Source: Glycera tridactyla
Taxonomy: Eukaryota
DNA length: 64,000 nucleotides
Direction of reading: 5' to 3'
Assembly: GCA_965644265.1 (NCBI GenBank)
Contig: OZ286459.1
Coordinates: 75,020,001 to 75,084,000, forward strand
A model generated the notes under the pieces. That model did not search any database, was not told the origin of the DNA, and saw only the letters and a program-made list of their open reading frames with translations. The position numbers and the translations under genes were made by a program. Below are positions 36,598-49,747 of this stretch, piece after piece (position 1 is the stretch's first letter; the number at the start of each line of letters is the position of its first letter).

Positions 36598-38607
36598 AGA
36601 GTTCTGTGATGATCTAGCCCCATATAAGACTGTCAAGGTCAGGGGTAGACCTCCCCCATGGAGCAACGATGAAATAATGTCTGCAGCTATGCAAAGGGAC
36701 CTGGCTAAAAGGAAAGCAGACACTACCAGGAGTCCTATTGATGCTTTCATCTATAGGAACTTAAGAAATCGTGTTAATACCATGAACCTCCATGCCAAGA
36801 GGGGATATATTCTGAGAATGTTAGAAGAGAACAAGGGCAATTTAAAGAAACTATGGCATACAGTGTCGCTACTTATCCCCAGTAACTACAAAGATGATTC
36901 TAGTGATATTGAAATTGGTGGATATTGTGGTTACCAGGAGATTGCTGACATCTTTAATGATTTGTTTTGTGCGATTGGTATGAAACTGGCTGAGAAGATC
37001 CCTCATGTTGATTTTGATGCCCTCCCATCTATTGCAGGAACTGGTAACATATTTGCCTTCAAAAATGTTGAACCCAACGATGTTTATGACTATCTTAAGA
37101 AACTCAGTGAGACTAAAGCCACTGGACTAGATGGAATAAATTCCAAATTTCTCAAATGGGCCTCAGCTGAAATCACAGAGGTAATTACTTATATGATAAA
37201 CATTTCTTTCAGAAATCAAATTATCCCACATGATTGGAAGAGAGCTAGGATATCTCCCCTTTTTAAAGATGGGGCACGACAAGAACCAAGTAATTACAGT
37301 CCTATCTCGGTACTCCCAGTGATGGGAAAAATTTTGGAGAGAATGGCCCATGCTCAGTTGTATGCATACCTAAATGATAATGACATTTTTGATAACAGCC
37401 AATCTGGTTTTAGACCTGGTATGTCTACTGCCACCTGTTGCATATCTGTACTTCATGATATCTACACTGCCCTTGACCAAGGAAAACTCACGGCAATAAT
37501 CTTTTTAGATCTTAAAAAGGCGTTCGACACTGTCGACCATGACATCCTATTACTTAAACTAAGAAACTATGGAGTGGTCGGCAGTTCGGGCGCCTGGATC
37601 AGAAATTATCTATCTAATCGTGAACAAATAACCAGCTACAAGGGAACGCTGTCCTCTCCTGGAAATGTGACATGCGGTGTGCCTCAGGGCTCAATCTTAG
37701 GGCCATTACTATTTATAATGTACATAAATGACCTGTGTCTGAATGTCAACCTGTGTAAAATATCAATGTATGCAGATGATACTGCATTATACATAAGTGG
37801 AGATACAATTGGTGAGATCCGTGATGCTGCTATGGCAGATTTAGAAAATGTGAACAAATGGCTGATGGGAAATAAACTGACCCTCGATGTCAAGAAAACC
37901 AAGGTCATGCTAATCCATAGTCATATGTACAGGGGGGGGGGGACAAAGAATTGAATCTCAAGATTAATGGGGAGGATATTGAACAAGTTTCATCATTCAA
38001 GTACCTTGGATTGTATTTAGACAGTAAACTTAATTTTAATAGTCATATTGAAATGTTGATAAGCAAAACCAAGCGCCGGCTAGGTGCCATCAGACATGTC
38101 AGAAAGTATATAGAAAGAGATGTTTGCTTGATGTTATACAAGACTTTGGTTGTACCCCATTTTGATTACGCTGACCTTATCTATGAGCATTGTAACGATA
38201 CTCTATTAAGAAAACTCCAGGTGATACAAAATTCTGCTTGTCGACTCATTTTAAAGGCAGGATGGATGGAGGGTACAGAACAAATGCATATGACACTGAA
38301 ACTCTCATCCTTGTCGAGAAGAAGAAAATATCACTTGGCAGTCTTCATGTACAAGATACTGAATGGATATATTTTATGTAAGAAGACTAGATCATTGTTT
38401 ACTTGGCTACATGAAACGCATAATAGGTTGACTAGGGCAAGCCATAGACTAGATCTGAAAATCCCACGGGCCAATACCAAATGGTTGGAGATGAGCATAT
38501 ATATCCAGGGCCCATTATTATGGAATAGTCTGACCCCTGATCATAGGCAGAAACCATCTATAGGATCATTTAAGGCTGAATATTCAAGACAATACTTGTG
38601 CCTGTAA
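36598..38607 (+). pseudogene. LINE ORF2 (RT plus C-terminal domain), split by one extra G in a G11 run at 37932-37942
   Basis: Track ORFs 36545-37954 and 37951-38607 join as ...MYRGG-DKELNLKINGEDIEQV... if one G is removed. There are no other stops over about 2 kb. Confidence 0.9.
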
Positions 38608-38861
38608 TATGGATTCTTCTATAGGTAAGAAATAACTTTGCTGAATGAAAACAAGATATATATGAATGGAATCATTAACCTAGCAATATATGTACTGTAC
38701 TGATGCATTGACGTGATTTATCCATGTAAAAACATGGTTACAGCTGAATCAACAGACCTGTATGGTCTGAGTTATGATGTTTTTCTTGTGTACTATATCC
38801 TGTAAATGTGCTGTATTCGCCATTAAAGTTTCTGTCATTGTCATTGTCATTGTCATTGTCA
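36598..38861 (+). mobile_element. 5'-truncated non-LTR retrotransposon, CR1/L2 group (Crack/Daphne-like), antisense to Lar
   Basis: RT motifs PIS-x-LPVMGKILER, QSGFRPG, FLDLKKAFDTVDH, GVPQGSILGPLLF, YADDT, then the C-terminal region PHFDYADL, LQVIQNSACRLIL, GPLLWNSL. There is no APE domain. The 3' UTR ends in ATTAAA plus (TGTCAT)4.8 at 38833-38861. The 5' boundary is approximate. Confidence 0.93.
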
Positions 38862-40894
38862 GAGTGGCTGGGACAAATAGCACTCAGTATATGGGATAAA
38901 TAACTCATAAGGAGATCACCAGAAACAACTATTCCAACTGAAAGCACTCACTTAATTCTTGAGTATGCTTCAACTTTAGTGAAAGAAGCCCAAGAGACAA
39001 GAGACAGCCCCTCTCTTACTATTGATCACAATTGATATCAGACAACCCCCCCCCCCCCCCATCGCTTTCCGCCCACATATCATCATCTTTAGATCCTAGA
39101 ACATGTCTACTAGCCAGAAGCCAATGACAGCTCTGACATTTGACAAATTATGGACTGTCGTGTTTCCAAGCAAGTAAGACATGTTTCCAAGCAAGTAAGA
39201 CGGGGATAAACAAATACCAAACTGAGGCTTTAGTATATGTTTCATCATTCATGATCCTGTCAAGCCTCCCTTGTTTTAATTTTTCTTAACAATCTTTGAA
39301 GGAAAACAATATCCAGCCTACTGCAAAACAATATCAATGAAGAACCGTGAATTGGAAAATAAATGTTTCTCATCTCATCTCATCTTATCTCAAGATAGGG
39401 CGCTTCTGATATACATGAATGCGATATGATTGTATTGCAATTCTGCTTAACATGCTGCATCTGATCCCCTGACACAACATAATTCAATCTTCAGTAGTGT
39501 CCTAATTATATTATCGATAAGAGTATTACAGCGTCAGAAAGCCAATTCTGGGTAGTAAAGTTTCATCCATCGGATCTCTGATTTATACAAAACACCCCTG
39601 TACATTGAAGACACAGATATGATTGGCTGATTAGTCAAAACAGGTTTCAGTGTGATGAGAATGAGGCTTGGTTTGCCGGATTTGTTTAAAATTCCCGCAA
39701 GAGAATTCGCAGACCTTTCAGTGTGTCACTAGGTTAGATTTAGTCAATGCCATGGTGACACCTAGTCATTCTATACTCCCCAATCAGACATCTAATTGTG
39801 GAATACATTTTGGTATGATAGTCCGATGCCCCATCCATGCACCATGATAATTTATTCAGGCATTTTTACCAAATCTTCTCTAAAAATGAGTACCTTAGTA
39901 ATTATTACCCTGACATTGTGATGGTTGGCATATTCATCTATTGCTGCTCACCGATACCTAAAAAGTGTTAAATATTCAGAAGATAGCCCCATATGTAATG
40001 GAGAAATTTCAAGGAACTGACAGTTGTAATGGAGATTATGAGACCTATTTCATCAGATGGCAAATGCCAAGATCTGGCATCATTAGTTTCTTTTCAATCA
40101 CAAAATGCTTGTAGGATCTGCCAACATAGAGGCTGTAGAACATGTAGGCTCTTATCCATAGCCTGATATAGTTTAGAAAGGATCAGGTTTGAGGTTGTCT
40201 GTTAGATTCTGGTCAATTGCTATTCTATCCATTACAACTGGCTGATTCAATCTACCCCAGCTACATTGCACCCCAGTTTGGGTGAAATGAAACAATCCAG
40301 ATTACCTGATGTCAGAAACATGATGCAAATGAGCATCTTTACCCGATTCTGGTAGGGGAGATTCAAATCATTCCGATGAAAACTGAATAGAAAGTGTAGG
40401 TAGAAACTTTGTAATGAAAGTCATATAGGGGAGGCGTCAAGGAGACTCCTGAGTAACAGTACATCTGGTGCATTCTGACTTTTCCCTTTGAAAAGACATG
40501 ATGGCTGAGAAGATACAACTGCAAGGAAGTGCCTGAAACTGCATTCTGGGAGAATGGAGAGTTGACGATGTATACAAATACCCCACAGCTGGGGTGAAAG
40601 TTGAGCCGCAGGATGGGTAAGCTCTAAACCCTCTCCCTGGGTGGTCTGTACCTATCAGAAACCTCACAATCTCACATACTATGAGTTACTATCCTTTTTA
40701 CCCAACTCCGACATACTGTTGCAAGAGTGATCTTTGGCCAAACAGTTGAACCTGCTCTAGAGACCTCTCTATAAAAGCCACCTCCTTATAGAGGCCACCC
40801 TATGCTGCAACCTTGATATCATTTCCAACAGTAAATGATGTCTCTATTTTATTTAGATATTGCCTATGATATGTACTTGTGGTGAATAGTAATA

Positions 40895-40955
40895 CAGTTG
40901 AACCCGTCTATTGAGGCCACAATGGCGATGGCGGCCTTTTAGACAGGTTCGACTG
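40895..40955. mobile_element. Minimal 61-bp MITE (essentially two TIRs)
   Basis: TA|CAGTTGAACCCGTCTA ... TAGACAGGTTCGACTG|TA. A partial related copy lies at about 40743-40800 and a degenerate one at about 36455-36545. Confidence 0.75.
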
Positions 40956-43900
40956 TATTACTGCTCATCTTTTATGTAGCATATATACTCACGTACAACT
41001 CGACCTGCCATATGAAACAGCCCCATGATTTTGCCTCAAAAGTCAAGAATTAGTCAACATCTCACATGATTATGCTCAGATTCGACATAGTGAATTGACA
41101 TACCATAGATATATATGTTCTTTCATGGATAAACTAAAGACCAAAACTGATCAGGGGGATATATGCTTATGAACCATCGGTTGGGGGATATGTATAGAAT
41201 AAATAAAATTGAGACTGCAATGTCGATTCCGCAAAGTAAGGGTTTCTGCCACGTAACAATATGTTCCACTAACGTCAGCAATAAGGCCATCTATCTGCAG
41301 TGCTTGCTATTATTTCAGTCCGTGCAGGGACGTGACCAAATCTAATTCATTCATGTGTGGTGCACAAATGCTCTGAGTGACAGTACAAAAGTTGGCAGCG
41401 AAAAAAATCAATGACTACAATATAAGTGTGAGTATAAACCTGGTTTGAATGCTGTCAAGCAATCAATAAACCAGATGTGCTGATTGGCCAAAATCAATCG
41501 CTCGAGTTTAAAGTGAGATCAGTTTCTAATGTATCAGCCCTCTGACCAAATCAGGTGAAACCATTCAATTTGTCTACCATTCAAAATTGGTAGCCGCTAG
41601 CATGCAATTTCATTTTAGATCAGCTAATGCTGAATGTACGGCCATTAGAATAAGTTTTTCATGTTTGACTCGATGTTGAAATGGCATTTTTGATTATATA
41701 AACTGGACGATGAAATTGTGGCTTGTGTGGGTTATGTTTTATCGCTGGTAGGAATTTGTCTTGCATGTAGTGGCCATATATTCAGGTGGAAGGCCAGTGG
41801 ACTACCACCATACATCACCAATTATTATCCACCTTCCATAGCAACCGCCTCTCACATTAACCCTTCAATCCCAACCTTATACTACCAAATGGTAACTGAA
41901 GCTAATCACAGATCCACTGAGTGCCAAACCTAGCTGAATAGCAACTAATGAATCTACCTGAGTTTATCAAGTATCATGAAATTTGAGCCAATTCCATCCT
42001 TGAGTACTCACACAGGTCCGTCCATGTTATAAAATGTGGGTGAAGGTGTTCAGGAGCTAACATCTACATTGATGTGGCATACAATGTGGAGCACGAGGTA
42101 TGCATATATGTCAGGTGTATCTCAATGACACCAACTTATTTCTTTTGTATCACGAAAGTATATGGATGGATGGGAAGGGGAATGTTGAGATAACTTTAGG
42201 GCCAGGAGGTGAGCAGGTACATTTTTGACTGTGATTCCACTCTGGACTACAAGATCCAATGTACTCTTAGGATAAATGTTGAACATCATATTTCATGTAA
42301 ATTCACTAAATTCGCAAAATTTAATGGTGTATAGCCAGATATCCATTATGTGATAAGGATTAGCAGAGTGGTTAAAATGTGGTGATTGTTTCAAAATACA
42401 TTATTCCAAAATGTATCCATTACATTTCAACATGAATCAACTTGGAACCAAGAACAACCTATTTGCAATGGAAGTGGGTCACATTTCATCGGTCAAGCAA
42501 AATGCATGATGAAGTGTCAGTAAAGCTGGGTGCAATAAGTACATCTGCAACAATTTTCATTCAGCTGAATTCATCACATCACAAATTTCATCACAAATCA
42601 TGTACATCAGGGATGTGATTGGCTCACAACCAAAACCACCGGAGACCTGCCTGGCGGCACTTGCGGTCAAAAAACTCACAGAACTGCTATCTAATGGCTA
42701 CAATAACTCAATACGAGCTCTGCCCTCTTATCTCCTCTAATTGAGGTTCGATTTTCATGAGAGGCAAAATAATTCAACGGCAAGGGACACAAACATGGCT
42801 CAGTCAAATCTACAGAGGTGTGTGACCTCTGGATGACATGTTCCATCTCAAATTGTATAGTGACAAGAGCACCCCCACTGAATAGTCATTCTACAGCAGC
42901 TCTCCCAGAGGAATTAAAGATAGTTCCAACTTCAAATTAGCTGCCCGCATCCACAGGTCTACTGTTGTGTGGATACAATGATCCAGTCACTGCTGGATAG
43001 AACGTACCCAAACCTGGACTGAAGAGGTTGTCTGCAGCCTGACACAGTCAATGTTGGCATACAGGTGGGCTTTCATACTTGACCAATTATCCCCACATAA
43101 TGAAACATCCATTGAAGGTTGTATGAGGTAAATGTATTGTAATTTCTCCATACTCCAGCTCCAGATAGAAAACATGGATTTTGACCCCCTATAATATGTT
43201 TACATATGGCAACTAATCTATATAGGCTTTATTTGGATTATGGTGACACAGAATCCACAATAAATAAAACCTGAGAAAAAGGAGGTGCAATTTGAAGGAT
43301 CAGACGCAATTTAAGGCCTGATGAAGACAGAGCAAATGGGGATACTGATTGCTAAATGCAAGGTGACAGCATTGATTCACTGGGACCATATCAGTATTAT
43401 GTAGGTATACTGAGAGAAATAGGAGCACATGCTCTTAGTTACCATGATTTTCTGCAAAAACCATGAAATTCGGAGTATCTACATCATCTCTGACTTCATC
43501 TAGGCTCACATGAACCTGACCTAAGAGAATCCAAGCAATCAAGTAACATCAGCAACTCACGAGTAAGAGCAGTCCACTCACACCTTCATGCATGTTTTAT
43601 GAGTGTGAGCAACTAGCTGCAACCGATGTCCACACATTTCATGGGTTCTGACCATTACCAGACTCAGCAATGGATGAGTGACTGGAATATGAGGAGGCAA
43701 AGTGCAGGGACAATTCCTTCAGACCAATTCTGTCATTTCCAAAACTCATACTCTGTATGATTACTGCAATGATGTACTTTCTGTCATCTCATCAGCAACT
43801 TAACTGGAATACACATGACCTTTCATGTTTCAAAATTGGATTAAAGCTCCAAAGTTCCTATGTATAATAAAAGGTGCCTAAGTTAGAAGGGCAGTAGCTA

Positions 43901-44056
43901 TGATTGGAGAACAATAATGCAAATGAGAAGTTTGACGCCAATACCAAAATCCAAAATAATCAGCAGTAAATGCTCTTTCCTCACATATGATTGGCTCACT
44001 GCATTCTTGATCAAAAACCCAGAAATTCACAGATCAGCACATTAATCACAGCTCTT

Positions 44057-44087
<31 letters not shown>

Positions 44088-47000
44088 GGTGCATTTGTGT
44101 GTGAGTGCATATGTCCACTAACATTTGCACTAACCTGGTGATACTCAGGGTGAGTTTTCTCTTCAGAGACTGTTTTATGGGTACATTTAGGGTTGAGGCT
44201 CATCACACCTTCCACTGCGTTTCCAATAGTTAAGACTGAGTTTGAGAAACTTTGTTTCATGACAAGATCATACATTCATGCTACAATAGTTGCACATCTG
44301 TGCAGCTACAGCCAGATCCAGCAACTTTTATATATTACTATCTTGAACAGAATTCCTAGAATTCTGATGAATTTTCTTGAACTTTGCATCATTCAACCAG
44401 CACAGTTGGCCAGGTAAGATTTTGTGGATTTCTATAATGGCAAAGACCCTAAATTGAATACTTTGTAGTGCTTTGACCCGCCATGACTACCTCAGCAACA
44501 TCGCACATTAGCTAAATCAGTAGGGAATCCACAAACTGCAGCTATTGGACCATAGGTTACTCCAACCCTTTGATATTGAATGAAATGCTTATCAAAATTG
44601 CCCAGGAAGTTTGATGTGTAATGGACCCAGGAAACACTCTAACTAGGCTACAGCACGAAGAAACAAATCAAAGTACATGGGTGGCCAAGATCCGCATGCA
44701 ATTCACAGAAATGCAGTTATCCTCAGCAATTCAAGTGCTGGTGCTATGCTGGAAATAGCATTGCATAATAAAACAGGGTAAGCCCAGAATATAATTCTGG
44801 GAAGCGGGCTAGCCCATTTGTGTGCATGCAAAGTGGGTGGTTTTTTTATGGCTTCATCAATGCTGCTGATGGGGTAATATTCGTTGGGTTAACTCAATTC
44901 ATGCAGGCAATGAATAGTTTAACAGAAAGGGTCCTTGGGACTCATTCACCAACATGAGATATGGCTTAACTCAGGAATACATCATAAGTTGGTACTAAAT
45001 ATACACTGTAAAGCCTGACTACCATCCCTATTCAGATTGTCTACTTCAAGAAAATCACAGCCTCCATGGTATTCTGGGAGAAACTAGGGGTTTCCTAAAA
45101 TAAACACACTGCAGGCCACTTTTGAACACAGATGCACATTCACATGGTTGTGGAAGTTGTCTGATGCAGTGGAAACCGTTTTTGAGACTCCAGTTTTGGA
45201 CGACTTCTCCTTTTGAGAGACTGCCCTTTATCAATTCTTATCTATTTGACAAAGTCATATATACCTCTAATGAGATACGATTTGTTTTGAGAAACTGCTT
45301 GTGTTTGGCATTCACTGTATCATCAAATCAGCATTTTCTCTTGATCCCTTCATGTGAATATATAATGTTGCAAAGTTCAAAGGCAGCATGAGGCATATCT
45401 ATACCAGCCTCCCAGCATTCAATGCTATGTCAGATCACAACACAATCCTTGCTTAAGAACATTTTGTCCATCAATTCAGAATGAGAACCTCCATATATGA
45501 ATCTAATGGCCATAATATTTGGCCATCATTTTCGCTAGTGACTACTGACAGGCCATGATGAACGTTGACTGGTGATTTCTGCCCAATTCAGAGCCCAAAA
45601 TAGTTGATGTGTTTCGCCAAATGGATGATGAAGAGATGGTTGGGTCAGTCTGACAACCCATCGCTGATCAATGGACTGATTCGGTAATGATCAGAGCGCC
45701 ATTGTGGTGCCAGCATTTCCGCCACATTTCACAGATCCACTCAAGTGGAGAAAATAAACAGCTTCCTGATGATGTGACCAGAAAACTTCGGGTTCCAGTA
45801 TGCAATACCAGTTCAGGTGTGCATCAGTAGCCATGCACAGACTGGAATTTTCCATTTGGAAATTTCACCGAATATGCTCAGGGTAGGTCCATTACATGGA
45901 TTCAAAAAAGGGGATGGAATCGAGTAACTGAATATGAATGATATAAACTTCAGTGCCTCAAAAAGTGCAATCAGAATTTTTTTAAATGCCATTTGCTTTG
46001 ACATTTACTTGTGCTGTGAAGCACCGGCCCCACCAGTTTGTCAAGGACAGTCTCGAAGTTCTAGCACATACCCGTCAAGTGTGGTTATCTTCATGGGAAC
46101 AGGGTGATTCATGGGAGAAAAATACACCAGCCAGCCTTCTTGAACCAACTCCAATAGTATTCATCAAGTCAGGATGTGAGGATTCGGTGCCATGGGATGG
46201 GTTAGTGCCAGATCAGGTCTAGAAATGTAGCACATATTCACTTTGTTAAAATCATCCAAATTCACCATCATTTTTGCTACGAGAGAGTTTTTTTCATCAG
46301 CCAAACTGATGGCAAGCAATCCATGGAATTGCATTCATTTTCAAGACAGAAGATGAAACTGAATCACAAATATGGGATGTTCTCATCATAGAATTTGATC
46401 TCTCTAGGAGAGGGGAGGTAGCCTGTATGGTTTTCACTGAGAAACGACCATAGATGCTAACAAAAATAGTAGCAATGCGAATTCCAAAGAGTATCAATGT
46501 CAGTATTTGCAATGGAATCATGAGAAAAGTATTGATTGTGTGAGAAACCATCACCATAAATTGCATGAATTTTGTCCTGAAATGGGTATTTGCTAGTCCA
46601 AAACTGTAGCTGTTGGTATCTGTAGACAAAGGTATGACCCAAGAACCAATCTCAAGGCTGATGAGGAAGTTTAATCATCCATACTCCCTTGAATTGTATG
46701 AAGAGTCAGTGTAGCTGAGAATGAGGGGCTTACTGTAAAGACAGCGCTTTCATTATGCTGCCACCTCACAATGATTCCCAAAGAACTTTTACAACCTACA
46801 GGCCTAGTTTCACATCAAATTGGCCCTATGAGCTGTTTGATAGGCACTAATCATGGAGTGGATACAGAGGAGCAGCAATTTGTAACTCGAAGCAGGCTAA
46901 GATTTACAAGTGGCTAGAAGGATGGGTCTTGAGAAGAGAAACTGACTAGCCGTGGTATATTTAGATTATGAGGGAGATGTGACAGTTAATGGCCTCCTCT

Positions 47001-47243
47001 GTCCATCTAATCAAGGCTGGCCCTCCACCTAAGATGCAAAGATGCAATCGGGCTACATCAAAGCCACATCATATGAATGAAATTGAAATGCTGTGAAAGT
47101 CGTGGCAAGGTGAAGCATATCCTGGGGCTGCTGGGAATGTGCAAGTAAACTGCCTCAGCTTCTTACTCAAACGAAAACTCACTAACACATCATATGAATA
47201 CTCAAATGATGGTAACTACTAGGTTATGAAGAACATTCTGATC

Positions 47244-47245
<2 letters not shown>

Positions 47246-47283
<38 letters not shown>
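47246..47283. repeat. (GATT)n microsatellite
   Basis: Direct reading. Confidence 0.95.
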
Positions 47284-47284
<1 letters not shown>

Positions 47285-47875
47285 CTGATGAACTGATAAA
47301 TTGGTTGTAGTGTGTCCATTGGACCAATTCAGCCACATGTGCAGCATAGTTGAGGGTTGATGACAGCCATCAATCAAGTGATACATTCATGTTATGAATT
47401 GAATCAGAGACTGCAACCCCCCCCCCCCCCCCCCCAACTCAAATCCACCATTCATCCCAGCACCGAGCACTCTCTGTCCCTCTGTGATCCACTTCACACT
47501 ACTCACATTCTGAAATAATGCATTGTGGATTCTCGAGGTGGCATTCTAAAGTGCGCAAGTGCATGAGCGGAGATTTTCAGATGACCTAAAATGGTACCGA
47601 CGCTACACTTAACAAAAATGCACACTCATAGCATCCTCTGGTTTCCACAATAGACTCGGATTTAAATGGCATTCAAATCAATCCTGAAAATTTTTATGCC
47701 ATCATGCTGGAGGTGGCTTCAGTATAATCTACTTACTAGACCACCAACAATCAATTCATGAGCAAGCTTCAGGATTGAACGAGAATAGTCAGCGCCCAAC
47801 GTTGGTAAACATCCACACGATTTACTCACTAACCAGTCAGTACAAATACTGATTTCATCCTACTGACAAAGGTGG

Positions 47876-48017
47876 NNNNNNNNNNNNNNNNNNNNNNNNN
47901 NNNNNNNNNNNNNNNNNNNNNNNNNNNNNNNNNNNNNNNNNNNNNNNNNNNNNNNNNNNNNNNNNNNNNNNNNNNNNNNNNNNNNNNNNNNNNNNNNNNN
48001 NNNNNNNNNNNNNNNNN
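47876..48017. other. Assembly gap
   Basis: N run. Confidence 1.
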
Positions 48018-49387
48018 TGTGTATGGTCTTGTTTGTAGGCACATATTGCATGAGTAAGTCCCTACCACAATGCAATCATATACACCATCCATTGTATAAA
48101 CTCATAATCTATAAGGAAGTATAGAAGTGAATGCCAAAGCCAGTGTCTGAACAAGTCAGAATACATATCTGAACAAAGAAAAAAAACTTTGTTTCTAAGA
48201 ATGGAGAAGAAAGAAGAGCCTCAACAGAGTTACCAATAGTTACTCTATATTATTTATTTAGTAGCTTGCCTTGGGGCTAATCATGTTATACAGGGAGAGA
48301 TTCTATTGGACTTGCTGAAGCTCAATACAAATTAATCTGCCAACCAGCAATGTCCCCACGTCACTACCAATGCATCCTTACAATTCCTGTTTTTCTTCTC
48401 TCTCAGAAAGGTTCCAATCACAGGTGCCATGCACACCTGAGATGAGAGACTGCCCCATATGGTGAAAAAAGTGGTTCTTCAATGAGGTGGTCTCTTTATG
48501 TTGAGTACAAAACCACAATTCTTTTGGTGGAAGGTGAGGGCTCTTTTGTTCACCCTGTCCGGTCAACCCAGACAGATGTCAAAACAATGTCTCCAGAGTT
48601 TGCCGGCACAGAATGTTGATGATGTTGGAAATGATGATGCAAAACAAAATGTGAGAATTTTGATTTGTTAGGAAGCTGTTACAGATACCTGGAGTGCATG
48701 TGACCACATTATTAATGCAACTGACTTGTTCTGAGTCTGGGGTTTTCCTTTTAAATGACTGTAAAATGAACCTCACTTCCTCGTTTGTATCCATCACAAT
48801 AACTGAATAATGAATAACCCTCACCTGATTGAAAAATCAATCAAATGTTCAACCAATGGGGAAAGGCATCTTGTGTCACCATGTGCATGTGCATGATGCA
48901 GGTTTCAGGAAAACTGAGACTCTAGTCAAAACAGCACAGGCAACCCTTGGTGCCATGACCTTGTAGAAGGTCAGAGTCAAGGTCAAACATAGCCCAAGCA
49001 GCCAGAGGTTAAGTTACCAGGGAGAGAATATATGATTCCCTGTTTACTGCAGAGGCAGCACCCGAACATAAACACTGATCATTCAGTGTTAGTTTTAGGC
49101 TACACAAATAGCTCATTTTATCTTTGCAAACCCCAACATTTGCTCAGCACTTGGCATATTTCTTGTACAGTAACCTCAGGATTAGAAAAAATAGTTCCCA
49201 CAACTCCTAATATCAAATCAGCCAACTAGACTGAGTTGCTCACATCATTATGTGTATACTATCACAGGTTCCTGCCCCTAGAACATTTGCAAAGACTGCA
49301 AAAGTATTTCACAATCACACATCTCTTTATGAAGGCCAACAGTCAAGAAAGGTCATAAGACCAAGGATGGTCTTTGTAGCCAGATTT

Positions 49388-49747
49388 GACTCTCCAGACC
49401 AGTATTGAATGAAAGCTGTCCACTGCAGGGGCCTGACTCTCCAGACCAGAATTGAATGAAAGCTGTCCACTGCAGGGGCCTGACTCTCCAGACCAGAATT
49501 GAATGAAAGCTGTCCACTGCAGGGGCCTGACTCTCCAGACCAGAATTGAATGAAAGCTGTCCACTGCAGGGGCCTGACTCTCCAGACCAGAATTGAATGA
49601 AAGCTATCCACTGCAGGGGCCTGACTCTCCAGACCAGAATTGAATGAAAGCTGTCCACTGCAGGGGCCTGACTCTCCAGACCAGAATTGAATGAAAGCTG
49701 TCCACTGCAGGGGCCTGACTCTCCAGACCACTGCAGGGGCCTGACTC
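49388..49747. repeat. 47-bp minisatellite, 7 full units plus one internally deleted unit
   Basis: GACTCTCCAGACCAGAATTGAATGAAAGCTGTCCACTGCAGGGGCCT starting at 49388, 49435, 49482, 49529, 49576, 49623 and 49670. Only two substitutions were seen among units. Confidence 0.97.

Noticed and set aside
39161-39201. 21-bp tandem duplication; similar ones at 56119-56163, 30842-30872 and 3177-3215
   Set aside because: Ordinary local slippage duplications with no further structure.
49388-49747. CRISPR-like regular repeat, and the three overlapping ORFs at 49327-49749
   Set aside because: Units are contiguous with no unique spacers, the context is eukaryotic, and the ORFs are by-products of a stop-poor 47-bp unit.
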